Part shown: piece by piece, positions 13,234 to 24,479 of the stretch | Layout: each line of letters starts with the position of its first letter | Numbering within the stretch: the stretch's first letter is position 1 | DNA from: Antedon mediterranea | Taxonomy: Eukaryota; Animalia; Echinodermata | Reading direction: 5' to 3' | Length of the DNA: 64,000 bases | Assembly (NCBI RefSeq): GCF_964355755.1 | Contig: NC_092674.1 | Coordinates: forward strand, 21,824,001 to 21,888,000 | Notes under the pieces: generated by a model | The model's input: only the letters and a program-made list of their open reading frames with translations | Database searches by the model: none | Told to the model about the DNA's origin: nothing | Program-made: the position numbers and the translations under genes

Positions 13234-16200
13234 CTGTTAAAATTGGATTTTGAAATCATTGATGGCAAGTCAGTAGAAAAGGGGTATGTTTTTTATCTTT
13301 GAAGTTGAAGAATGGGTTGTTTACATGTATCAATTTTCATTAATATGATCCAAACATTATGACCATAATTTAAATATGTTGTTCTTATAAATGTTGTTTG
13401 TGTTATTAAATTCTGTTTATTGATACAGTTCTGCAAGTATAGAACAAATTGAAAAAGATGTTATAAAGCAGTATCTTACTGAAATGACAAAACAACTTGG
13501 TGGTATGGAAGACATATTCAATAAGGTACAGTAAGTGCTTTATTTCCAGCCAATTCACTATGAGGATACTGTAGGACATTTTTTAGTCCTGATTACTTCT
13601 TAATATCAATCAACATAATTTCATAATGGCAATACTGTACAGTAAATATACTATGTTTGGTTTTGGCCCTTTGCATTATGTTTAAATTTGCGTATCCGGA
13701 TATTCACCCCCTGGACATTTACCACCCGGAAAACTACCCCCCGGACAACCACCACCTGGACCACTACCCCCTTAGGACAACTACCCCTTTAGGACAACTA
13801 CCCCTTTAGGACAACTACCCCCCGGACAAATACCCCCGGACAACTACCCCCTTAGGACAACAACCCCCTTAGGACAACTACCCCCCGGACAACTACTCCC
13901 CGGACAATTACCCCCTAGGAACAATTACCCCCCGGACAATTACCCCCCGGACAATTACCCCCCGGACAACTACCTCTGACACAATACTCCCCGTAGGACA
14001 ACTACTTCCTGGACAATACTCCGAGGGCAAATAATCTTTTAGGACAACTACCTCCGTAGGACAACTAACCCCTGGACAACTAACCCCCGGACAATTGCCC
14101 CCTAGGAACAATTACCCCCGGACAATTACCCCCTAGGAACAATTACCCCCTGACAACCCCCCCCCCCCCCCCCCCCGGGTAATTACCCCGCGGACAACTA
14201 CCTCTGACACAATACTCCCCGTAGGACAACTACCTCCTGGACCTGGACAATACTCCGAGGGCAAATAATATTTTAGGACAACTACCTCCGTAGGACAACT
14301 AACCCCTGGACAACTACCACCCAGAAAACTATCCCTTTAGAACAACTACCCCCCCGGACGGACAACACCACCCAGACCATTCAACAACCTGACTCTGCAA
14401 CAGTGTATAATAGGAATTAATAACTATATTTTAATTCGTTACTTTGACGAATTACTATTCATTATTGTAAACAATAGTAAAAGATTGAACATAAATATAT
14501 CCTGGTTTAAACTGAAGATTGTCACACATGATCATAGGATAGTCGAACGTATTATATAGTACTCCCTGTATTTACTGTAAAGACTGGGTTCGCTAATAAT
14601 AATAATAATGTTTGCGTCAGGACAATGCTTCGATAACCACTGGTCTTAAAAGAATTAATTTTTGTCTCAAATTTGTCATATAGGCCTATGTATTTTTGTA
14701 CACTTGAAGAATAATATCACTTTTGATATTTGACCTCAATGTTCACTCACCGAATAAACGGCGATCTTTAAATAAATTCCCCTCAAATAAACGGTGATCA
14801 TGTCACTCCCATAAAACATCATATGGAATTAATAATCGGCGTCTATTTCCATTAGATTATACCCCCTCCCATTGAATAAACAACTTTCTTCCAATAAATG
14901 TCCACCTAAAAACCACCTAAACAATAAACAGCCCAGGCCGTTTTGTCAATAAATACGGTACTTTAAATCTAGCACATCTAGGGTCTAGCGTGCTGTTAAA
15001 CAGAATAATCGGTTAAAAACGGGTGTTTCGAAACTAGAGATCCGAGACCCAATACGAAAAGGGAGACCTAAATATACGAAAAGAGAGACCCACGTACGAA
15101 AAGGGAGACCCCACTATACGAAAAGAGAGACCCTATTATACGAAAAGGGAGACCTAAATATACGAAAAGGGAGACCCAAATATACGAAAAGGGAGACCCC
15201 ACTATACGAAAAGAGAGACCACACTATACGAAAAGGGAGACCCTAATATACGAAAAGGGAGACCCAAATATAGGTCTCCCTTTTCGTATTGGGTCTCGTG
15301 TCAGGTCTCTGGTCTCGGGTCTCTAGTTTCGAAACACCCGTTAAAAACAGATGATTTCATTTTTACAGAAACCGTTTGTCTACTTTTGGATTGGGGGGGG
15401 GGGGGGTAGTTGACCGGGGGGTAGTTGACCGGGGGGTAGTTGACCGGGGGGTAGTTGACCGGGGGGTAGTTGACCGGGGGGTAGTTGACCGGGGGTTAGT
15501 TGACCGGGGGTTAGTTGACCGGGGGTTAGTTGACCGGGGGTTAGTTATCCGGGGGGTAGTTATCCTAAGGGGGTAGTTGTCCTAAGGGGGTAGTTGTCCG
15601 GGGGGTAGTTGTCCGGGGGGTTGTTGTCCTAAGGGGGTAGTTGTCCTAAGGGGGTAGTTGTCCGGGGGTAGTTGTCCAGGGGGTAGTTGTCCGGGGGGTA
15701 GTTGTCCGGGGGGTAGTTGTCCGGGGGTAGTTGTCCTAAGGGGGTAGTTGTCCGGGTGGTAAATATCCGGGGGGTAACTGTCTAGGGGGTAGGTGTCCTA
15801 GAACCTTAAATTTGTACATACCAATAGAAAGTGCCTTTTATGGTGAGGTTTCGTTTAACAGTTCTTTATTGTATCTGTATTTGTATTATGCTGACTAATA
15901 ATTCAAAGTTCACGCTTAAACAATTTCACAGAAAACAGAAAGTCTTCAGTCGAGTATGAAAGAGTTCTTTGAGAAACATGATGATTTGAAAAGAATGTTT
16001 ATAAAGGAACTCTCAAAAATACACGATATACTGAACAAACTTGAACAAGCTGCAGTTCCACAGAATCATAGTAAGGTTTAATTGTATTTAAAGAAACCAT
16101 TTTGACATATTGTATTGTTTAATACGAAAACAATGTTTATAGAAAAAAATCCTACTTCTGACATTGACAATAACAGTTTCTGGGAACAAAATAATATTTT

Positions 16201-17516
16201 AGGGGGACCTGTTGAAGGGATTGGAAGTACAGTATATATTGAAAATAGCTTTCATGAAACAAAATAATTTTAGATGAAAGCATTTGAGAGAAAAAATTCA
16301 TGAACATGAAGGCTTTTTTATTCAGCTTGTAACATTTTGCAAAAGTTTGGAATATGAAATAATTTTTCTTTGCAGGTGTCACAACCGCAGGAAATCAAAA
16401 CATCATTGTGCAGAATTCAAAAAATGTGAATATTAATATTGATAATACAATTCAAGGTAGGTCAATGTTGCCATCTGTTTAATATTCTTCAATTTGTGAA
16501 CCCTTTGATTTTTATGTCTGAATACCAGGGGCCGGATTTATCAAACTTGCTTAGCAAAAAAATCGTCTTAACTTTGCCTTAAATCCTTGATTTTGCCTAA
16601 GTCAGATTTATCAATATATCTAAGCAAAAAAATTTGCTTAATTTTGTCTTAAATCTAAGACGAAAAACACCCTGCCTTAAGATGAAAAATTTCGTCTTAT
16701 CTCATTTCTGCAACAGAAACATTCTTTTTTGACAACGCGAGCGCGCTAGGCCGGAACATTGAACATTCGGAAAGGCTACGCTAGTGCGTTTTACGCTGTA
16801 CTACGGACGCTAAAATAATGATATCGATTTTCACAAAGATGGCCTAGAAATTGGACGAGCAAAACTAATATTTTCGGGATAGGTACGACCCAATTGACTA
16901 GCTTTTAGAAAACTGTATCGGCTGCCAAGGGTCGCTGTCATTGATAAAAATAAATAAATGTTGATTTGATTTAAGTTTAGAGCGAATGATTTTCGTATAT
17001 ATTTCCGACTGTTGTGCTCTTTCTCTATTTCAAGTAATAAAAACAATAGTAGCCAGAATGCGCCCTCTCTTGTTGGGAGTGAAAATACGGAGATAAAATG
17101 TTATAGCGCCGCCATCGCTAAGAGAAAAAAGCTAATACGCATGCGTAAGCAAGAATTTTTCGTCTTAAGACATAATTTGCTGCCCTCTAGAGTTTAATTT
17201 TGCGCATGTGCAAAGTAAAATTTACCTAAGACAATTTTTCTGCTAAGACATTGCTAAGACGGTTTGATAAATAAGATTAAGTTATTTGCTTAAGCACTTC
17301 TTAAATATTTCACCTTAAGCAAAAATATAAGCAAATATTGATAAATGCCAACCCAGTGGAATTTGAGAAATATTGGCAAAACAACTATGGCATTTGAGTT
17401 ATTGAGTTATTAGGGTTAAGATTATTCTAAAGACATAATTTGATTTTCTTCTACTTTATCTGCAGAATCCAAATCCAATGGCGGTGTTGCCTTGAATGTT
17501 AAGGACTTCATCAAAA
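13234..17516 (+). CDS. Spliced coding chain of an unidentified gene: exons 13234-13268, 13429-13525, 15932-16070, 16376-16456, 17466-17516 (coiled-coil plus N/Q/I-rich segment); start and end not found
   Basis: All five exons have AG/GT boundaries with compatible phases (2,0,1,1,1) and give an open peptide: LLKLDFEIIDGNSASIEQIEKDVIKQYLTEMTKQLGGMEDIFNKKTESLQSSMKEFFEKHDDLKRMFIKELSKIHDILNKLEQAAVPQNHSVTTAGNQNIIVQNSKNVNINIDNTIQESKSNGGVALNVKDFIK. Confidence 0.65.
13691..15805. mobile_element. MuDR/foldback-type element with long inverted arms made of 15-16 bp GGACAACTACCCCCC repeats
   Basis: C-rich array at about 13710-14380 is mirrored by a G-rich array at about 15390-15805. 9-bp direct repeat TTAAATTTG at 13682-13690 and 15806-15814. 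Confidence 0.8.
15021..15339. mobile_element. MuDR-type MITE nested in the foldback element, with internal ~22-bp tandem repeats (TATACGAAAAGGGAGACCC)
   Basis: TIR GGGTGTTTCGAAACTAGAGA.CCGAGACC / GGTCTCGGGTCTCTAGTTTCGAAACACCC. 9-bp TSD GTTAAAAAC at 15012-15020 and 15340-15348. Confidence 0.85.
16529..17353. mobile_element. PIF/Harbinger-like MITE
   Basis: Imperfect TIRs GGGCCGGATTTATCAA..TTGCTTA / TAAGCAAATATTGATAAATGCCAACC, flanked by CAG on both sides. Internal CTTAAG-rich subrepeats. Confidence 0.6.
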
Positions 17517-18003
17517 GTAAGTCAGCATTATTATAATACTTTACCTTCAAAATTGTTTAAGATTAACAAACCAACGTGGCAAATCCTATTTTGATATCCT
17601 TATTGCACCCAATCCCCTATTGGACTTTCAGATTACTGTATTTTGTATAAAACCAAAACTACAAATTCCAATGACATGGGTTATTTACACTGCCATGGCA
17701 ACTCATGTTAAATCTTCTCGAAATATCGTTTTTATACATACCTAATTGCTTAATATTATTTTAATTAAAGAATAAAAATAGATTTAAAAGTACAAAACGT
17801 TCAACCTAGTAAAAAAAATTTCTGCTGCCCGGCCCACAGCCAGAATGTTTATGGAGGGGTTCAGATTTGAAAAAAATTATTATAGGGTTAACCGACAAAT
17901 TAATTGTAATAACGTAAAAATATAATTAGAAATATTGGGCAGGATGTCAATCAGGGCCGGTGAAACGTTTCTGAAATGAGGAATGGGGGTAAAGGTAATA
18001 GTA

Positions 18004-18236
18004 GGTATCCCAATGTAAAAATTCAAATTAATGATGGTACTTTTTCTTCAGTTAATCAAAAGGAACTTACTGAACCTAAACTTTTGCAATTAAAATGATT
18101 GATATCAGATTATCCTTTCAAAAGTTATGTTCAGTCAAAGTTGCCAAAAGGGTTATAACTTTTATATTAATAACTTATAAGTTCTTATTTTTGCCAAACC
18201 CATAGATACCACAGAGTTGTACAAAAAATTATTAAA
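18004..18236. mobile_element. Left terminal fragment of the same DNA transposon family as 1-1863
   Basis: Reverse-complement match to about 1575-1863; begins TA|GGTATCCCAATGTAAAAATTC. Confidence 0.65.
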
Positions 18237-20312
18237 AGTGAATTTTCCCAGCAACCAAACCTGACTGGGCTCCAAACTCACATCATCCTCAGAAATTGCA
18301 CTCTCATAATGGTTTTTTGTAATTTTGCAATGTTATTTTAACCTCTCCACCTCAGCCCCAGCTGGCTGCTAGGTGAGAGAATTTTAGGAATATCGTGGTC
18401 GGGATAAATTGATAAATAGGAAAAGGAAAATATCGTGCAAACTAGAGTTGATAGACTTCAGTCGATCGTTTAATAACAAACTGAAGGAGAATGGCTCTAT
18501 CAAGCTATAGGGCCTGTCGACAAATTGTCTGCGGAGTAGCAATTAGGCTGGTACATCCCCTGTCATGTGGTACACAGTAGTCTAGCATTACTGAACTTGC
18601 TGTTATGTTTCCGGCAAGGACGCGTTGGAGTATCTGGAGATCGACGTACAATATGTTGCGCTCCTCTGGTGGGATGACGAGATGGATACTTGACTTGTGA
18701 TGGAGTGGTTGGTACTCTGGAGCTGCCTGTAGCCTTTGCTGCGCAACATTTGCCTTACAGAAGGTGGCAAATGATAGGCCACCTGAGTTTCGTGTTGGCC
18801 AAATGCAGAGTAGCACAAAAATGCCAAATTTCTATACCACACCTGCAATTACTTGGGGCTCTTCTTGGTGCACAACTAGCTCAGACTATCACCAGTGCAC
18901 TCACCCTGGACGTGGAATATATTATTATGTGGAGTGATTCAACAACAGTTCTTACATGGATACAATCGGATTCCTGTCATTTTGTCGGGACTCGGATAGC
19001 TGAAATCCAGACGTTGACATCCGACAGTGTGTGGTGGTATGTGCGAACAGATGAGAACCCTACAGATGACATTACTCGAGGTCTGTCAGTTACAGAGCTT
19101 GCGAAAGGATCCAGATGGACTGATGAACTTCATGGCTGCTAGATGCAAAAGATACACGGCAGAGGTATAGTGCCTCGATGCTGGCACGAACCCGAGTCTA
19201 ATCATTAAATTCATCTGCAGATACCAACGAGATAAAGAAGTCCCTATTCTGTGGTGTAACCTTGGCAACTCCAATACAGGATATAGACTTGAAAGAATTC
19301 CAGACTTGCCAGAACTTGTATAAGCACTGGGGGAGAAACTCAACACAGTAGATGGACAAGATACGGTTGTATTAAATGCAGAACAAGTACATGATGCCAA
19401 ATATAAACTCTTACAATCATTTAAAGAAGAGATCGCTACACTCACAACCCAGAAAGAATCACAGAAGAGTAGTCGTCTGTTGGAGCTCTCTCCGGAGCTG
19501 GATGAAACGATAAACATTAAATTTGTATAGGTATACTCAGGAAAGTGGATAAACAACACTAGTGTAGGACCACATCCAATTGTCCTCCCACCATCATATC
19601 CAGTAACCAAGCTTCTTATCCAGGATGCGGATAATCATTTCAACCACCAGGCCGGAACCGAGCAAGTTTTCGCCTTTCTGCGTTGTCGCTTCTGGATATT
19701 AAGAGGACGAACCTCTGTCATAGGTATACTCAGAAAATTCTATTCCACAGGGAGGGTATTGCTTTGTCCCAATTGCAGTGAAAGTTAGACGGTCACAAGA
19801 AAAGTGTTGGGGCCTTGTCTTCAAGTGTATGACAGTTCATCTGGAACTGATAGAGTTTCTTGATGTGGATCTTTTTCTGATGGCATATAGGCATTTTGCC
19901 TCTATGCAGAGAAGTACCATATGAACTCTGTAGTGACTGTGGAACAAACTTCAAGGGCACAGAGAAAAGGATTGAGACTGCACCGAAAGCAATGGAACTG
20001 GAGTCTGGCAACATTTAAAGTGAGATTTTGCTTTAACCCTCCAAGTGCTCCTCTTTGGTGGGTTGTGGGAGTGGGAAATGAGGTCTATCAAATGTGCGCT
20101 GAAAGGAGTTCTACGAGACCGAGTATTACCTGATGTTGTGCTACGTACCATTCTGTCGGAAGTGGAAGGAATTATGAACTCTAAACCTCTTGGCTACGCA
20201 TCCTCCGAGATAGCTGATATCAACCCAGTTACACCAAATATGCTGTTGATTGGGCAGCAGGATCCTGCTCTACCCATGGTTGTGTACAAGGAGTCAGAAC
20301 TAAAAGGACGGC

Positions 20313-21925
20313 GTTATTCCCATGCAATTCTGGATCTTGTTAACAACATCACCTCATCTCTTGACAGTTTTTACTCTCCGTTTTTAGACTTGTCAAAAGC
20401 GTTTGATGTCATCAATCATAAAATTCTTTTTGGTAAATTATTTAATTATGGCATTGGAGAAATTGCATTAAACTGGTTTGAAAGTTATTTAGTAAACCGT
20501 AAACAGTATGTTGCGTTAGGCTCATTTAAATCATCAGTGGAGGCTGTAAATTGCGGAGTGCCTAAAGGGTCGGTTTTAGGACCACTACTATTTTTAATTT
20601 ATGTAAATAATCTTTCTAGATCAAGTGACACTCTGAAAGTCATATCCTTTGCTGATGATACTACGATTTTGTATTCTCATTCTGATATCAATGTCTTATA
20701 TAACACCGTCAACACTGAACTAAATAAAATGACTGACTGGTTCATCTCAAATAAGCTTATTGTTAATGTACAGAAAACTAATTACATTTTATTTCGTACT
20801 CAACAAAGACAAATTGATTTCTCTAATCTTAATATTTACATTAAAGATGTATTGTCCCTTTGACTAATTCCAAAAAAATAAAAAATAAAAGATGGGTCAT
20901 TTTGAAGTATCATAATAGCTATTAACTATCACAAAAAATTTTTCGAAAAAAAAACAAAATTTGACCTTCATTTTTTTGTGTTTCAAGAGACAATACATCT
21001 TTAACAATAATATTATTGAACGTAAACCCGAAGTATTATTCCTCGGAGTTTATTTACATGAATACTTGAGATGGACCAGTCATCATGTATCTAAAAAGAT
21101 ATTGTAATTGGCATCCTTTGTAAATTAAGACATTTTTTTCCACAACATATCTTACTCTTGTTTAACACCCTTATACAACCTCATCTTCTTTATTGCAACA
21201 TTATTTGGGCAGCCGACTACCCATCAAATTTAGAAAAACTTAATAAACAAATTAAACGTGCTGCCCGTATTATTACTTTCTCTCACTATCTCGCCCCTTC
21301 CCAACCTTTACTTAAAAAACTCAATATTCTTAGTAAACATGATCTATTTACAACACAAATTGCTTCCTTTATTTTTCAATTCTTTAATACCAGACTCCCT
21401 GTGACAATGTCTAATCTATTAAGTCATCATACAAAATCACACAAGTACAATTTACGTATCAACAATAAATTTCAGCATCTTGAGGTACCTCTTTTTAGAC
21501 TGAAAATTTCCGAATATTGTATTTCTGTTTCAGGGCCGCGAATCTGGAATGATCTTGATGACAAACCTAAAGCATTTTAAATCTCTTTATACTTTTTGTA
21601 AAAATTAAAAAAAATATCTTATTTCTTTATACTAATTTTTTTAAATATTATTATGATTGTAGTACACTGAAAGTATCTATTTTTATTTCATCGTTTTTGT
21701 TTTTATTTATTATTTTATGTAGTAAAATGTATTAGTTTAAATGTATGTGTATTGTTTCTGGGGTCTTTATCGAGACAAGAAACTTGATTTCTTCTAGAGA
21801 AGACCCCAAATGATGGCTTATTACTAATGTTTTCATTTATGTACACATCTATATATTATACTGTATAATGCCATTGTTGAACAAAATAAATGTTGTTGAA
21901 CAAAATAAATGTTTTTGAACTTGAG
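20313..21925 (+). mobile_element. 5'-truncated L2/CR1-group LINE inserted in the BEL integrase
   Basis: The ORF at 20045-20863 switches from BEL integrase to RT motifs FLDLSKAFD, WFESYLVNRKQYV, GVPKGSVLGPLLFLIYVN and FADDT. It continues at 21005-21580 (FLGVYLHE, YCNIIW, GPRIWN). 3' AATAAA and a TTGAAC-type tail near 21920. Confidence 0.88.
20845..21000. mobile_element. Kolobok-type MITE inside the LINE
   Basis: TIR AGATGTATTGTC / GACAATACATCT flanked by TTAA (20841-20844, 21001-21004). Removing it restores the RT frame IYINNNIIERK. Confidence 0.85.
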
Positions 21926-21954
21926 TTGATCAGATCATGGAGGTATCCTCCATG

Positions 21955-22258
21955 ATCAGATCATACAACATCGGCAAGGGTTCGAGGCCGACTCGCTCCT
22001 AGTTCTGGTGGTGGAACAAGTCTTCTCGGATAAGGACTATAAACCGTAGGTCCAGTGTACACAGTTATAACCTGTGTGTACTTTAAAGAAACCCAGTTCA
22101 TTATTCGAAAAAGAGTAGGGGGTTACCCCGGTGAACTGGTTCACACAATAGCCCCTGTATCAGGGGGATTACCACCTATCTGATAGGACAGTGATTAATT
22201 CACTATTGGTAATCCTTGGCCACATTGTCTAAAGACATAAAATAAAAAAAAAAATAAA
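21955..22258 (+). mobile_element. SINE with a Deu/Nin-type core
   Basis: B-box-like GGTTCGAGGCC; core TCGGATAAGGACTATAAACCGTAGGTCC...TTAAAGAA.CCC...AAGAGTAGGGGGTTACCCCGG resembles the DeuSINE central domain; A-rich tail. An inverted partial copy lies at 46218-46360. Confidence 0.7.
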
Positions 22259-23199
22259 ATACTTACCGACTCTGTAAAAGCGCCAGAAGTGGCAGAGATC
22301 GAGAACTTGAAGTTGGAGACGTGATGATAGTAGTCCACAGTTGAGCCAATCATTACGCGGACCAGGCTACTTTAGCGTTACGTTTGGCATCCACTGAATC
22401 AGTGGATGACCTATCCCCTCAACATGTCAATTGTGGTATAAGTTGACAGGAATAATACTCTGTGGTGTAATAAAAATGCCAGCGTGTTTATTTAAGACTG
22501 CAAGTGTTAAGAATAACTTGCTCTCCATTTTCAACTTCCTCTTACCAATGACCAATAGCAAACAGGCACTGCTTGTCAATCAGGTCCTCACTGACTGGGT
22601 ATTAACCAATCAATTTACTATTAGATAGGTCACTGATTTTATAAAATAGTTTGCGGGAAATTTGATTTCTGACCTTGTACAGGAATAAATACTTTAGTGG
22701 TTGTTTATAATAATAATCTAAATATTTCTCAATGCTGCTTTATGCAAAGCAATTTAACTAGAACTACAGACACATTAAATAAATACTTTTAAACATGAAC
22801 AATAGTTTTGTTAGGGAATTGGGATGGCCGTGTGATATTCAATTTATTAAATTTAATGGGAAAGTATATATCTTTCACAAAATTTCGTATGTCATCAGGC
22901 AGCGTTTTAAAGGCTGGAAGCCCTTTGATCGATTTTGGGAACAAAATGGATTGATAGTCAATCATGAGTACTTCCGAACAGTGCTAATGTATCACGAAAG
23001 TATATTAGTGTTTCATGTTTTATTCACCTGTTGTTGGGTGGTGGACATCTTGTAGACAATGTACAGCAGCAACAAACATACATAATTGATACAAATGAAC
23101 ACAATTTAAATTTGATAACTCTACGCAATTTTATACGAGATAAATGCGTAGACTCGGTCATCAATGACCGTCTACTTGATAATATAAACGACGAGCCCG

Positions 23200-24089
23200 T
23201 GGAAGAAAATGTAGCCTACAACAGAACTATTAGAAAGAATTAATCGCAAAAGGGTTAGGCCTTAGCCAGATATACCACGGAGTTCAAATATCCCCCGCCA
23301 TTCCTCCTGATGGATTGAGGTGGCAGGCATCAAAGCGATTTTAAAATTGAATGGAAGCGCATCGAAAATAAATAAAAGATCTTTCTCGGAAGATTCATTG
23401 TGGAGGAAAATCTGACTTGCTGCATGCGTTTGCATGGTAGGTAGAAATCAACGTTCCGATAAAAATAAAATAATTCACAAATTCTTATCAGATAGATCTA
23501 CGTAAACGTGTGAAGTAGAAAGAGGTCTTATTTACAGTATATCAGTAGGCCTAATATATATTCGTATAAAATATCCTAATTTCCACAACTCAGGATTATG
23601 TCCATAATGATATCAATAGTAAGAATCTGTTATAGGCCTATGCGTAATTTTTTTTAATTAAGCCACTCATTTTTCATTATCATACATTAAATTCAATTAT
23701 ACCATACACAATTCAGTGATTATTTTACAGTTATTTTCTTATTTTCCCAATTGTCTTTTCTCTTACAGGTAATAACGTGGTACGTGCTTCATGATTGATG
23801 GTAAAATTAATTTATACCAGTAACAATAGATTATGGCAAGGCATTTCGGACCGGACGGAGTAGGCCTACTCCTTTAAAGTTGTCATCGGAGGAGAAGATT
23901 AGGTGGAAGAAATGCTTTCCATGGACTGCACCAGAAGTAATTTCTGGTGTCGAAGCACCATCAGAGCACAGCGCTATTTACGCGTTTGGATACATGTTCA
24001 GCCGCATATTTACCAAAACGAACAACATAAGAATACGGGAAACTGGCGAGATATGCATGCGGCGGCCGTCACCTGCAGAGCTAGCTTGA
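23200..24089 (+). pseudogene. Spliced protein-kinase remnant inside the TIR element
   Basis: A mini-exon at about 23595-23619 (CAG|GATTATGTCCATAATGATATCAATA|GTAAG) joined to the exon at 23769 gives YVHNDINSNNVV (catalytic-loop-like). It is followed by IDYGKA, WTAPEVI, SAIYAFGY and CMRRP. A stop and frameshifts are present. Confidence 0.7.
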
Positions 24090-24479
24090 CCACCACCTTT
24101 TATGTAATAACGTTAGATCATGAATAATTAGAAGTCATATGTTTTTCAGAATGGATTTTTAAAAAAGGGGAGCAATAAATTGTAGCTTTTTTTTCTTTTA
24201 TTTATTATTAGTTTATGTATATATATTTTTTTATTTTTCGTATTTGTATTTAATGTTATATTTCGTGGTGGGTCAAACTTACTGACTGACTTATTATGAC
24301 TCTCTCCCCACATGATTACTTCATTGCATTTATTATCCTGTATGTATGTTATTATATTGTGGAAATAAAATTAAATTGAAAATGAAATTATATTTATTTG
24401 CAATTATCACGTATTTTGTTCTATTATACATTGTATAAAATTGTTATAAAACGATGACAACATTACAAAAACAGTTTCT

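Noticed and set aside
13908-15576. ORFs with VIVRG / VVDRG repeats
   Set aside because: Translations of the 15-bp foldback arm repeats.
1863-18004. Inverted copies at 1575-1863 and 18004-18236 as the TIRs of one 16-kb element
   Set aside because: The termini face away from the intervening DNA (right end of one copy, left end of another), so they do not enclose it.
20045-20863. 272-aa ORF as a novel integrase-RT fusion protein
   Set aside because: It is a chance in-frame junction of a dead BEL integrase and a 5'-truncated LINE, ended by a MITE. Both parents are disrupted.
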